DNA from: Eledone cirrhosa
Taxonomy: Eukaryota
Direction: 5' to 3'
DNA length: 64,000 bases
NCBI GenBank assembly: GCA_964016885.1
Contig: OZ024764.1
Coordinates: 9,176,001 to 9,240,000, forward strand
This document shows, one piece after another, positions 12,000 through 29,081 of this stretch. The translations under genes and the position numbers were made by a program. Position 1 is the stretch's first letter; each line of letters begins with the position of its first letter. The notes beneath the pieces were generated by a model, which had not been told where the DNA came from, did no database searches, and saw nothing but the letters and a program-made list of their open reading frames with translations.

Positions 12000-14725
12000 T
12001 GAGGGCAGTGGTTTGACAGTAGAATCAGTAGAGTGTCGAACAACAGGCTTTACAGTCTATAGTTACGGCCCTTTATGTTCTTAGTTCAAATCCTGCTGAG
12101 GTTAACTTTGCCTTTCATCTTTACACGGTCGATAAAATAAAGTACCAGTAACGTACTGGGGTACCAGTAACGTACTGGATTTAATCGACTTTCCCCTCCC
12201 CTTAAATTACTGGCCTTGTGCCTATACTAGAAATCATTATTACTAATGATAGTGAGGGCAGTGGTTTGACAATATTACTAATGAAAGGCGGGGGATTGGC
12301 AGTATCGGTAGAGGGTCGGACGCCATGCTTTGACGCATAGAGTTACGGCCCTTGCCATTCTGAGTTCAAATCCCGCCAAGGTTAACTTTGCCTTTCATCC
12401 TTACGGGGTCGATAAAATAAAGTACCAGTAATACACTGGGTAGTTGCTGGCCTTGTGCCAAAAGTAGAAACAATTATTACGAATGATAGTGAGGGCAGTG
12501 GTTTGACAATAGATCGGTAGAGTGTCGGACAACAGGCTTTACAGTGTATAGTTTCGGCCCTTTGTTTTGAGTTCAAATCCTGTCATGGTTAACTTTAACG
12601 GTCGATAAAGTACCAGTAATGCACTGGTAACCCTCTCTTCGAATTGTTGGCCATGTGCCTAAAAGTAAAACCAATTATAAATAAGGATTTCCAGTATAGG
12701 CACAAGGCCAGCAATTTGGGGGGAGGGGGAAAGTCGATTAAATCGACTCCAGTATGTTACTGGTACTTTATTTTATCGATCCCGTAAGGATGAAAGGCAA
12801 AGTTAACCTCGGCGAGATTTGAACTCAGAATGGCAAGGGCCGTAACTCTATGCTGCAAAGCATGGTGTCTGATGTCTGGTGCTCTACCAATTATAGATAA
12901 TAATAGTTATGGTGGTTGATCAGCAACAGTCGGTAGAGCGTCAGACAACATGTTTTGTGGTGTTTATTTATGGTTCTGAGTTCAAATCCTTCTGGGATCA
13001 GCTTTGCCTTTCATCCTTTTAGGGTTCAGTAAAATGAAGTACCAGTTAAAAACTGGGGTTGATTTCATCTCAGTAGGTGAAGGGCTGTAACTCTATGTCA
13101 CAAAGCATGTTGACCGACGCTCTACCAATTTGGACAATCTATTGCCCTAATAATTGTTTCTGATTCAGGCTCAAGGCCAGCAATTTTGGTGGAGGGCAAA
13201 GTCAAATTGACCCCAGTACATTACTGGTACTTTATTTTATCAACCCCGTAAGGATGAAAAGCAAAGCTAACCTTGGCAGGATGTGAAATCAGAATGTAAA
13301 GGGCCATAACTCTATGCCACAAAGCAAATTGTTGGCCTTGTGCCTAAATCAGAAACCATTATTACTAGGGTAGCGAAGTTGGCAGTAATCGGTAGAGCGT
13401 CGGACACCATGCTTTGCAGCATAGAGTTACATCCCTTTAGGTTCTGAGATCTAATCCTGTCGAGGTTAGTTTTACCTTTCATCCTTACGGGGGTCGATAG
13501 AATATAGTACCAGTAATGTACTGGGGTTGATTTAATCGACTTTCCCCTCATAAATTTGGCTTTGTTTCTAATTCAGAAACAATTATTATTATTATTATTG
13601 GCAGTATCGGTAGAGCGTCGGACCCCATGCTTTGCGGCATAGAGTTATACCCCTTTACGTTCTGGGTTTAGCTTTGCCTTTTCATCCTTACGGAGTCGAT
13701 TAAATAAAGTACCAGTAATACACTGGGGTAATTGCTGGCCTTGTGCCAAAAGTAGAAAAAATATTACAGGGTCGATGAAATAAAGTACCAGTAATACACT
13801 GGTCTAATTGCTGGCCTTGTGCCAAAAGTAGAAACAATTGTTAGGCTGGTGGTGGAGGATTACCTGTAATCACTAGAGCATCGGACACCCAGCTTCGTGG
13901 CATAGAATTACGGCACCTTCCCCCTCTTTCCCAAAATAATTAATCTGAAAATAAGCCAAAAAAAAAACCCTATAAAATTGCTCCAGCATTGCCACAGTCC
14001 AATGGCCGCAAAGAAGCACTGTATCCGGCGTTTTTAGAGCATTTTTTAAAAGCCTGTCATGTATATATTATATATGTGGATTGGCAGTATCGGTAGAGGG
14101 TCGGACGCCATGCTTTGCAGCATAGAGTTACGGCCCTTGCCATTCTGAGTTCAAATCCCGCCGAGGTTAATTTTGCCTTTCATCCTTACTGGGTCGATAA
14201 AATAAAGTACCAGTAATGCACTGGGATAATTGCTGGCCTTGTGCTAAAAAGTAGTAGCAGTTGTATATATAATACATATATACATATGCACATGCATGCA
14301 TGCAGACATATCTACCTAGTTGATGTTGTGTAAATTCCAATGAGAGTTTCTTGTGTCTATGTTAGAAACCAACTCTCTCTCTATTGGCAAAAATTTGTGA
14401 AATTATAAACCAGAAGAACATACATACATACATACATACATATAGTACAATATATATATATATATATATATGATGGCTGCCCCCTCGTTATTAAGTATGG
14501 CCATTGCACAATATAACATTATTAATGTGGATTGGCAGTATCAGTAGAGGGTCGGACGCCATGCTTTGATGCAAAGAGTTCCGTCCCTTTACGATCTGAG
14601 TTCAAATCCCGCCGAGGTTGACTTTGCCTTTCATCCTTTACAGGGGTCGATAAAATAAAGTACCAGTAATGCACTGGGTATTTGCTGGCCTTGTGCCAAA
14701 CGTAGAAACAATTATTAATAATTAT
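12000..14725. mobile_element. Dense cluster of about 12 SINE A copies in both orientations
   Basis: Repeated core gcctttcatccttacggggtcgataaaataaagtaccag; minus copies at ~12685-12890 and ~13150-13320. Confidence 0.9.
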
Positions 14726-15072
14726 CAATTAATGCTATCGTGCAATGCCTGTGCGTGAAGATTATGTTTAAAGTAAGAAAAGACTGTGCACTGAGCCAAT
14801 CCCACTCTCTGAGAGACAGTAGCTATAACCCGAAAAGAAGAAAAGGTCAACATCATCAATAACTACTGAGTTGCTGGTTTTATGTCAGTTATCCCAGTTT
14901 CCTGAGTTGCCTTCTCCTAGAAGAATGCCCTGACAAAGGCTAGGGGTCCTTCACTCCCAGTGGTTTAACCATGCAATTGTGTATCCAGCCCGATTATTTC
15001 TATGCCCCCACGCATTTATATACACCAATTCCAACCCAGCCATCCCCCCAATCTATCTTCTTTCTCATTCTT

Positions 15073-15108
15073 TCTTCTGAGGAAGGACTAGCGTCCGAAA
15101 AGTTAAGA
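15073..15108 (+). ncRNA. Type I hammerhead motif (mutated copy of 38464-38499)
   Basis: tctt-CTGAGGA-a-ggac-tagc-gtcc-GAAA-agt-TA-aga. Confidence 0.6.
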
Positions 15109-15195
15109 TCCTTTTCTTGCTATCTCAAGCGTTAACCTAATATATTCCTTCCATATACTGTACCGATTGTGTTGTTATTTCTGTTTACCTTTTAC

Positions 15196-15251
<56 letters not shown>

Positions 15252-15284
15252 GTATATACATGTATATACATATTTACACATATT

Positions 15285-15470
15285 TGGATGGCCGTTGACA
15301 CTTATGAGTTCTTCCGCCATTTGTCAGGTTTTGTTTTTCGTCCTGCAGGGTGTCCAAAATCACCCTCCTCACCAAGTAAACTTGGTGGGGTTGCTGGTTT
15401 AGTTGCCGACGACCCGACCATGTGACAGGTTGTACGGGGTCACATGTTACCAGTAGCACTCAAGAGTGGC
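15285..15470 (-). mobile_element. Interspersed repeat resembling a non-LTR element 5' UTR (continues at 14870-14960; homologue 38612-38885 on +)
   Basis: Direct homology between the two loci; assignment to a retroelement 5' UTR is inference. Confidence 0.55.
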
Positions 15471-15633
15471 CTGACATACATATATACATACATACATATA
15501 TTATAGTACGATACATATATTATAGTATGATATATATATATATATATATACATACATAACATACATGTATTATAGTACAATATATATATATACATACATA
15601 CATATATTATAGTACGATACATATATTATAGTA

Positions 15634-15676
<43 letters not shown>

Positions 15677-15693
15677 CATACATGTATTATAGT

Positions 15694-15729
<36 letters not shown>

Positions 15730-16114
15730 CATACATGTATTATAGTACAATATATATATATATACACACATACATACATACATACATGTATTATAGTACA
15801 ATATATATATATATACACACATACATACATACATACATATATTGTAGTATGATATATATATATATATATATATACATACATACATGTATTATAGTACAAT
15901 ATATATATATATACACATACATACATACATACATATATTATAGTACGATATATATATATATATATATATATACATACATACATATATTATAGTACAAAAT
16001 GTATGTATATATATATGTATATATATATATACACATACATACATATATTATAGTACAAAATGTATATATATATATATATACACACACAAAACATACATAC
16101 ATATATTATAGTAC

Positions 16115-16148
<34 letters not shown>

Positions 16149-16372
16149 AATATCTTTTTAAATTTTCATTTACTTATTTATTTTGAAAATACATACTGGG
16201 CTGGGTGGGGGTGAGACTTGACGCACCCTATAAGTTTAAAGCCCAGAACCCTTACAAAAACCCTAAATCCAGCTCTGTCTCCTAAAACCCTCTACATGTA
16301 CACATGTGTATCACAAAACTCCTAAAATCATATAACCTACTCTTGGGAACAAGTCATGTTGTTACTCTAGAG

Positions 16373-19300
16373 AAGAAGTTCACAAAGTGGGCATTACTGC
16401 TCCACCCCTGGGGTGGGGGTAGCTTTGAGAAGGGCCAGGGGGGGGTGCTGGGGCCTAAGGTGGGGGTAGAGCTGATATAATAGTATATTAAATATCAAAT
16501 GATATATTATATATAAATATAGTAAAATAAAATATATATAGTATATATTTATACATAGTATATATTATATTATTTATTATATATAAATATAGTAAAATAA
16601 AATATATAATATTTATTTATACATAGTATATATATTATTTATTATATATAAATATAGTAAAATAAAATATATAATATTTATTTATACATAGCATATAATA
16701 TATTATTTATTATATATAAATATAGTAAAATAAAATATATAATATTTATTTATACATAGTATATAGTATATTATTTATTATATATAAATATAGTAAAATA
16801 AAATATATAATATTTATTTATACATAGTATATATTATATTATTTATTATATATAAATATAGTAAAATAAAATATATAATATTTATTTATACATAGTATAT
16901 ATTATATTATTTATATATAAATATAGTAAAATAAAATATATATTTATTTATACATAGCATATAATATATTATTTATTATATATAAATATAGTAAAATAAA
17001 ATATATAATATTTATTTATACATAGTATATATTATATTATCTATTATATATAAATATAGTAAAATAAAATATATAATATTTATTTATACATAGCATATAA
17101 TATATTATTTATTATATATAAATATAGTAAAATAAAATATATAATATTTATTTATACATAGTATATATTATATTATCTATTATATATAAATATAGTAAAA
17201 TAAAATATATATTTATTTATACATAGCATATAATATATTATTTATTATATATAAATATAGTAAAATAAAATATATAATATTTATTTATACATAGTATATA
17301 TTATATTATTTATTATATATAAATATAGTAAAATAAAATATATTTATTTATACATAGTATATATTATATTATTTATTATATATAAATATAGTAAAATAAA
17401 ATATATAATATTTATTTATACATAGTATATAGTATATTATTTATTATATATAAATATAGTAAAATAAAATATATAATATTTATCTATACATAGTATATAT
17501 TATATTATTTATTATATATAAATATAGTAAAATAAAATATATAATATTCATTTATACATAGTATATATTATATTATTTATTATATATAAATATAGTAAAA
17601 TAAAATATATAATATTTATTTATACATAGTATATAGTATATTATTTATTATATATAAATATAGTAAAATAAAATGTATAATATTTATTTATACATAGTAT
17701 ATATTATATTATTTATTATATATAAATATAGTAAAATAAAATATATAATATTCATTTATACATAGTATATATTATATTATTTATTATATATAAATATAGT
17801 AAAATAAAATATATAATATTCATTTATACATAGTATATATTATATTATTTATTTATACATAGTATATATTATATTATCTATTATATATAAATATAGTAAA
17901 ATAAAATATATATTTATTTATACATAGCATATAATATATTATTTATTATATATAAATATAGTAAAATAAAATATATAATATTTATTTATACATAGTATAT
18001 ATTATATTATTTATTATATATAAATATAGTAAAATAAAATATATAATATTTATTTATACATAGTATATATTATATTATTTATTATATATAAATATAATAA
18101 AATAAAATATATAATATTCATTTATACATAGTATATATTATATTATCTATTATATATAAATATAGTAAAATAAAATATATAATATTTATTTATACATAGT
18201 ATATAGTATATTATTTATTATATATAAATATAGAAAAATAAAATATATAATATTTATTTATACATAGCATATAATATATTATTTATTATATATAAATATA
18301 GTAAAATAAAATATATAATATTTATTTATACATAGTATATATTATATTATTTATTATACATAAATATAGTAAAATAAAATATATAATATTCATTTATACA
18401 TAGTATATATTATATTATTTATTATATATAAATATAGTAAAATAAAATATATAATATTTATTTATACATAGCATATAATATATTATTTATTATATATAAA
18501 TATAGTAAAATAAAATATATAATATTTATTTATACATAGTATATAGTATATTATTTATTATATATAAATATAGTAAAATAAAATATATAATATTTATTTA
18601 TACATAGTATATATTATATTATTTATTATATATAAATATAGTAAAATAAAATATATAATATTCATTTATACATAGTATATATTATATTATTTATTATATA
18701 TAAATATAGTAAAATAAAATATATAATATTTATTTATACATAGTATATAGTATATTATTTATTATATATAAATATAGTAAAATAAAATATATAATATTTA
18801 TTTATACATAGTATATATTATATTATTTATTATATATAAATATAGTAAAATAAAATATATAATATTCATTTATACATAGTATATATTATATTATTTATTA
18901 TATATAAATATAGTAAAATAAAATATATAATATTCATTTATACATAGTATATATTATATTATTTATTATATATAAATATAGTAAAATAAAATATATAATA
19001 TTCATTTATACATAGTATATATTATATTATTTATTTATACATAGTATATATTATATTATCTATTATATATAAATATAGTAAAATAAAATATATAATATTT
19101 ATTTATACATAGCATATAATATATTATTTATTATATATAAATATAGTAAAATAAAATATATAATATTTATTTATACATAGCATATAATATATTATTTATT
19201 ATATATAAATATAGTAAAATAAAATATATAATATTTATTTATACATAGTATATATTATATTATTTATTATATATAAATATAGTAAAATAAAATATATAAT

Positions 19301-19662
19301 ATTTATTTATACATAGCATATAATATATTATTTATTATATATAATATAGTAAAATAAAATATATAATATTTATTTATACATAGTATATTATTTATTATAT
19401 ATAAATATAGTAAAATAAAATATATAATATTTATTTATACATAGTATATATTATATTATTTATTATATATAATATTTATTTATACATAGTGTATATTATA
19501 TTATTTATTTATACATAGTGTATATTATATATAAATTAACAATTTTATTTATTATATATTATTTACAGTTTGCGTGTAGGTAGGTCTGAAATAGGGTTGA
19601 GGGCGCTCGGTGTTTTCCATGGCCTTGAGGAAGGGCGGTGACCCAAAATTTGAGTATCTCTG
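16373..19662. mobile_element. Decayed hAT/Charlie-like MITE enclosing a 3-kb satellite
   Basis: Flanked by ctctagag (16365-72) and gtctagag (19663-70), matching the NTCTAGAN Charlie target; ends are degenerate TIRs. Confidence 0.5.
16500..19530. repeat. ~68-bp extremely AT-rich satellite (~44 copies)
   Basis: Unit atataaatatagtaaaataaaatatataatatttatttatacatagtatatattatattatttattat. Confidence 0.95.
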
Positions 19663-19704
19663 GTCTAGAGTGAACTCTAACACATTGAGGTGTTGTTCAT
19701 AAAA

Positions 19705-20674
<970 letters not shown>

Positions 20675-21298
20675 CTGTCCTTAATTTATTACTTCCTTTG
20701 TATTTTTATGAAAAAAATGTAAAAGATTTAGTGAATTCTGTGTTAAAGATATTAATTAACACTCTGTAGTTAGTTAGTGAGTTAGCTCCCCTTGCTTTTC
20801 ACATACATCACGTGATCATTTCACATGTTTTATTTATTCTTCTTACTTTATTTTTTATTTATTTTATATTGTTGTTTTTCTATATTTTCCAAGCAAAGCT
20901 ATGTAATGTTGGTTAAATTGAAATCTGTTGTGATATTTATCAAAGAAGATATTCTCTGTACAAGCCACCATATACGTTTGTGTATATGCACATGTATGTA
21001 TGTATATAACTTTCATGTTTAATTCTAACTAATCACATTCATCAAAAACTATATATATTTATATATACACACACACACATAAGTATACACACACACATAT
21101 ATGCATATGTGTATATATGTGTTTTATATATATATATATTTATGCATATATTTATATATAGGTGTATATATGTTATATATATATATATATATGTATACAC
21201 TCATATATATATGTATACATATATATATATGTATATATATGTATATATATATATATGCATATATATGTGTGTGTATACACTCACATATATATGTGTAT

Positions 21299-21340
<42 letters not shown>

Positions 21341-21383
21341 GTTCTACTTAAGTAAATCACATTCATCCCAAATTAATATGTAA

Positions 21384-21414
<31 letters not shown>

Positions 21415-21814
21415 AAGTTGTTAATCTCATAACAGGCCCAGCTGTAACCTTCTCTTATACTAAATGTATTCTGTCTACAAACTAACAAGGGAGCTTTCAT
21501 AGGGGACTGCTGCATTCAATGAAAGGGCTTCTATAGAGGTCACATGACTAGATAACATATGACTGGCCAATCAGGGCTACTATCAGTCATGTGACTGGCT
21601 GGCTAACTATGACAGCCAATGAAAGATCTTCTAAGGCATCAAACACAGCTCCTTATGACTGATCACACACATATATATATATATACACGTATATATATAT
21701 ATAATATGCATATATATATATATACACGTATATATCTATATATATATATACACGTATATAATATATATGTGTATATATATATATATATACACACATATAT
21801 ATATCTATACACAC

Positions 21815-21849
<35 letters not shown>

Positions 21850-21857
21850 CGTAGATG

Positions 21858-21889
<32 letters not shown>

Positions 21890-22101
21890 TATACGTAGAT
21901 ATATATATATAATATATATATATATATACATATAAGTATATGCATATATATATATATATATACATATATAAATATATATATACATATAAGTATATATATA
22001 TATACATATAAGTATATACATATAAGTATATACATATATATATATACATATATATATATACATATATATATACATATATATATATATACATATATATATA
22101 C

Positions 22102-22140
<39 letters not shown>

Positions 22141-22761
22141 ATATCTCTATGGTAGCACATATTTATGATCTGTCTTAAACTCTTGTGTGACTGTCAAATT
22201 CAGGTCGCAATCCCACAATGCATTTTCTATATTTTCTGAAAACAAAAATTTCAATCAAATGAAGTTATTGGAGTGATCTCCCTTGCTTATTTATATTTTT
22301 GTGTGTATGATTCTTTTTTTATTTCTAGATTGCCCTTTTCCCTTTATTTCCCATGCTATACCCCCTAGAGGGAGTTTTTGTGTACTAATTGCATGGATAA
22401 TCCTGGTTAATCAAAGGTTATATTTTTCCAGTGAATATACTATAAATATGAGACCCTCGTGTGTATATTGTATATAAAATTGTGTGTGCATGTATGTATG
22501 TATGTCTGTATATATATATATACACATATATATATACAATAATGCAGAACAACTTCCTGAGGCATTTTTACTCTGCTATATGGTTGGTATATATACACAC
22601 ATACTTATATATATATATATATATTCATACATATTTTATGTGTGCTTATTCCTCTTGGCACTGTAGGCAACAGAAGTCGCTGAGAGAGTAACCTCCCCTT
22701 GATACACAATACAGTATCAATGGTGGGAACTCACAAAAAAGTTCAGCCTCCTGAAGGTTAA

Positions 22762-23961
<1,200 letters not shown>

Positions 23962-24154
23962 GCACTCACTAGATCCCTCGTTACTCCAACTGATCTGCTT
24001 TTAACTAGAAACTCCTCAGCTTCCCCTTCCCCCCTCTTCTCCCCTATGTAAATCCCTCAATTTACATGTTGAATTTATTATTATTATCAATATTATAATT
24101 ATTATTGTCACTATTATTATTATTAGTTCTGTTGTTATATATATAAATATATAC

Positions 24155-24210
<56 letters not shown>

Positions 24211-24463
24211 GTTTTAAAATTCCTTTGTTTTCCTTTCAAGAATAAAAATCGGTCGTTATTTTAGTAGTAACCTGTTTTATAGCTTTTCTGATTTCACTTC
24301 TTGAATTGACTGGTTTAATCCGGCCATATCCGGCCAGAATTCTCTCACCTCTTTCTGTTCGAACCAGCTGTAACCAGCCACTCATACCAATGTTAAGGTA
24401 TTGTTCTCAAAATACATAATATCAAAATCTCATAGATTCGATATTACATGAGATAATTATATA

Positions 24464-26162
24464 CGGTAAAGCCTTTACTGTGAAAATACAATAGTATATA
24501 TATAGAGTAATGTAAATGTTATGTGAGATATTATGTGAGGCAAAGCCTTTACCATGAAAATACAATAGTATATATATAGAGTAATGTAAATGTTATGTGA
24601 GATATTATGTGAGGTAAAGCCTTTACTGTGAAAATACAATAGTATATATATAGAGTAATGTAAATGTTATGTGAGATATTATGTGAGGTAAAGCCTTTAC
24701 TGTGAAAATACAATAGTATATATAGAGTAATGTAAATGTTAAGTGAGATATTATGTGTGTTAAAGCCTTTACTGTGAAAATACAATAGTATATATAGAGT
24801 AATGTAAATGTTATGTGAGATATTATGTAAGGTAAAGCCTTTACCATGAAAATACAATAGTATATATAGAGTAACGTAAATATGTGAGATATTATGTGAG
24901 GTAAAGCCTCTACTGTGAAAATACAATAGTATATATAGAGTAATGTAAATGTTATGTGAGATATTATGTGAGGTAAAGCCTTTACCGTGAAAATATAATA
25001 GTATATATAGAGTAATGTGAGATATTATGTGAGGTAAAGCCTTTACTGTGAAAATATAATAGTATATATAGAGTAATGTAAATGTTATGTGAGATATTAT
25101 GTGAGGTAAAGCCTTTACTGTGAAAATATAATAGTAGATATAGAGTAATGTAAATGTTATGAGAGATATTATGTGAGGTAAAGCCTTTACTGTGAAAATA
25201 TAATAGTATATATAGAGTAATGTAAATGTTATGTGAGATATTATGTGAGGTAAAGCCTTTACTGTGAAAATATAATAGTATATATAGAGTAATGTAAATG
25301 TTATGAGAGATATTATGTGAGGTAAAGCCTTTACTGTGAAAATATAATAGTATATATAGAGTAATGTAAATGGTATGTGAGATATTATGTGAGGTAAAGC
25401 CTTTACTGTGAAAATACAATAGTATATATAGAGTAATGTAAATGTTATGTGAGATATTATGTGAGGTAAAGCCTTTACTGTGAAAATACAATAGTATATA
25501 TAGAGTAATGTAAATGTTATGTGAGATATTATGTGAGGTAAAGCCTTTACTGTGAAAATATAATAGTATATATAGAGTAATGTAAATGTTATGTGAGATA
25601 TTATGTGAGGTAAAGCCTTTACTGTGACTACAATAGTATATATAGAGTAATGTAAATGTTATGTGAGATATTATGTGAGGTAAAGCCTTTACTGTGACAA
25701 TACAATAGTATATATAGAGTAATGTAAATGTTATGTGAGATATTATGTGAGGTAAAGCCTTTACTGTGAAAATACAATAGTATATATAGAGTAATGTAAA
25801 TGTTATGTGAGATATTATGTGAGGTAAAGCCTTTACTTTGAAAATACAATAGTATATATAGAGTAATGTAAATGTTATGTGAGATATTATGTGAGGTAAA
25901 GCCTTTACTGTGACAATACAATAGTATATATAGAGTAATGTAAATGTTATGTGAGATATTATGTGAGGTAAAGCCTTTACTGTGAAAATACAATAGTATA
26001 TATAGAGTAATGTAAATGTTATGTGAGATATTATGTGAGGTAAAGCCTTTACTGTGAAAATATAATAGTATATATAGAGTAATGTAACTGTTATGTGAGA
26101 TATTATGTGAGGTAAAGCCTTTACTGTGACAATATAATAGTATATATAGAGTAATGTAAATG
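24464..26162 (+). repeat. 72-bp minisatellite (~23 copies), apparently inside a TIR element
   Basis: Unit ggtaaagcctttactgtgaaaatacaatagtatatatagagtaatgtaaatgttatgtgagatattatgtga; left flank 24310-24405 matches the reverse complement of 7145-7265, which ends in a TTAACCCT terminus. Confidence 0.9.
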
Positions 26163-26280
26163 CTGTTTTGGTCTGGTTATAATTGGTCTTGATTTGGCAG
26201 GTGAGAACTGGTTGGCTTGGTGTATTTTTGACGGTTGATCTAATTCTTGCAGGGGTAAAAAATAACAAGCATCCTGTTAA

Positions 26281-26890
26281 GTGTTGGTGTCATGGTAAAA
26301 TACACCCAGTACACTCAGTAAAGTGGTAGTGTTAGTGTCATGATAAAATACACCCAGTACGCTCTGTAAAGTGGCAGTATTGGTGTCATGATAAAATACA
26401 CCCAGTATACTCTGTAAAGTGGTAGTGTTGGTGTCGTGATAAAATACACCCAGTACACTCTGTAAAGTGGTAGTGCTGGTGTCATGATAAAATACACCCA
26501 GTACACTCTGTAAAGTGGCAGTATTGGTGTCATGATAAAATACACCCAGTACACTCTCTAAAGTGGTAGTGTTGGTGTCACAATAAAATACACCCAGTAC
26601 ACTCTGTAAAGTGGTAGGGATGGTGTCATGATAAAATACACCCAGTACACTCTGTAAAGTGGTAGGGATGGTGTCATGATAAAATACACCCAGTACACTC
26701 TCTAAAGTAGTAGTGTTGGTGTCACAATAAAATACACCCAGTACACTCTGTAAAGTGGTAGGGATGGTGTCATGATAAAATACACCCAGTACACTCTCTA
26801 AAGTAGTAGTGTTGGTGTCACAATAAAATACACCCAGTACACTCTGTAAAGTGGTAGGGATGGTGTCATGATAAAATACACCCAGTACAC
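26281..26890 (+). repeat. 48-bp minisatellite (~12.5 copies) derived from SINE B-like internal segment
   Basis: Unit aaaatacacccagtacactctgtaaagtggtagtgttggtgtcatgat resembles SINE B aaaagcacccagcactcactgtaaatgaggttggtg; the array exits into ttaggaagcgcagctagctgtggaaa. Confidence 0.85.
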
Positions 26891-27344
26891 TTAGGAAGCG
26901 CAGCTAGCTGTGGAAAACTTGCCAAATATGGAACGTATGAACAAGATGATATTGCACTGATCCACCTGGACATGAACCCTGACAGCATAACACATCCAGC
27001 CAGACATGTATGTATAAAGAGTATATATATATATAATACACACATAGTTTTATATCATTACTATTAGAAATTGGCTTTTGATTTTTACTGATGGTTATAT
27101 TATATATACATATATATTATATATACATATATAACATATATATATATATACACCGTATATGCTGGCATACAAGTTGATCTGGCGCATAGGTTGACCCCTA
27201 AAATTCTGAGGTGTAATCCAGGTTTAGGCCTATATTCGCTGGATAAGACCCCCCCCCCCACACACAAAAAAAAATAAGACAGTACCATCTCCCCAACCCT
27301 ACATATGCTTGCAATAAAGTACTTCAGTCGCAAGAGTAAACCAG

Positions 27345-27975
27345 CCTAGCCCAACCTTAACAATCCTATGGTAACCTACCCTATGTTAACCTACCCTATG
27401 GTAACCTACCCTATGGTAACCTACCCTATGGTAACCTATCCTTTGCTAACCTAACCTATGGTAACCCACCCTATGGTAAAAATAAGACAGTACCATCTCC
27501 CCAATAAGGTACTTCAGTCGCAAGAGTAAACCAGCCTAGCCCAACCTTAACAAACCTATCCTTTGCTAACCTAACCTATGGTAACCTACCCTATGCTAAC
27601 CTAACCTATGGTAACCTACCCTATACTAACCTAACCTACCCTATGCTAACCTACCCTATGCTAACCTAACCTATGGTAACCCACCCTATGCTAACCTAAC
27701 CTATGGTAACTACCCTATGCTAACCTAACCTAACCTACCCTATGCTAACCTACCCTATGCTAACCTAACCTAACCTACCCTATGCTAACCTACCCTATGC
27801 TAACCTAACCAATGGTAACCTACCCTATGCTAACCTAACCTAACCTACCCTAACCTATGGTAACCTACTCTATGCTAACCTAACCAATGGTAACCTACCC
27901 TATGCTAACCTAACCTAACCAATGGTAACCTACCCTATGCTAACCTCCCCTATGGTAACCTACCCTATGTTAACT
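27345..27975. repeat. Pentamer repeat (CTAAC/CTACC/CTATG/GTAAC)
   Basis: Direct; a flank segment is duplicated at ~27270 and ~27478. Confidence 0.9.
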
Positions 27976-28224
27976 ATGAGCTACTGCAAGTCAATATTAC
28001 TATAATCTCTACGTTAAACTTAACAAATATGAGATACAGTAGGAAATAAATGTGGTGGGTTGCTAGAGTTATGGTAAGTGGTGTACAACAAGTGTTAGGC
28101 AGGCAGTTTCACTGTTTACCCCTCAGTGGTAAAGGTTCACATTCTATATCCAGCAGACAAGTCAACTCCTGGTTTTGAAGAGATATTTTTAGGCTCCAAA
28201 TGAAGACTTGTATGCTGGCCTATA

Positions 28225-28620
28225 CATCATCATCATCATCACTGTTTTACGTCCGTTCTTCCACGCTAGCATGGGTTAGACGGGTTGTCCTGTTGTGGGC
28301 AGTGTCTGGTCGACTGACCTTGTCTTGCTCATACGGGAATTGATTTTGGCTTGATTTTTACAGCTGGATGCCCTTCCTAGCACCAACCTCATTTACAGTG
28401 AGTGCTGGGTGCTTTTTTCCATGGCGCCTACACGTCCACTTTACAGTGGAATGATAGGGACCCCAGTCCCTCTCATCTCATTTCTACAGCTGAGTAAACT
28501 GGAGCAATGTGAAATAAAGGGCCTTGCTCAAGGAAACAACACATCACCTGGTCTGAGAATTGAACTCACAACCTTTCGATTGCAAGTCCAATGCTCTAAC
28601 CACTAAGCCATGTGCCTTCT
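28225..28620 (-). mobile_element. SINE family B, full copy
   Basis: Reverse complement of the 4588 type, with (CAT)n tail. Confidence 0.85.
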
Positions 28621-29081
28621 ATATATATATAATAGAGAGAGAGAGAGAGAGAGAGAAAGAGATAAAGAATAGACATGACAAACACAGAGATGCTAAAACA
28701 AAGTCTTATTAGGTAGAAACATGTACTTACGCCATATTTGACTAAATAGAGTTAGTCTATTAGTTGGGATTTTAAAAAAAACCTCTGAATAGAAAGAAGG
28801 ATGAGTATTGACGTACATAGGACAGAAACACACATCTTTGGTTTACCGGACCAATGTGTTACCATTACACCAACATGCCACCTATGTTTCCTTCCATTCA
28901 ATTAAAGCTATATAGCCATAGCAGGTATATATCATCATTATTTAACGTCTATCTTCCACGCTAGCAAAGGTTGGACGGTTTTGTTCCATTTGATGCAGGA
29001 TTGGTCGGGAGACTGTGTCTCGCTCATACAGGACTGTATCTACCAGGTTTTCTACGGCTGGATGCCCTTCCTAACACCAAC

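Noticed and set aside
21535-21625. Promoter (E-box/CCAAT motifs)
   Set aside because: Short motifs with no nearby gene start; may be a repeat fragment.
24982-26268. 428-aa ORF (and the 309-aa ORF at 44458)
   Set aside because: Translation of the 72-bp minisatellite.
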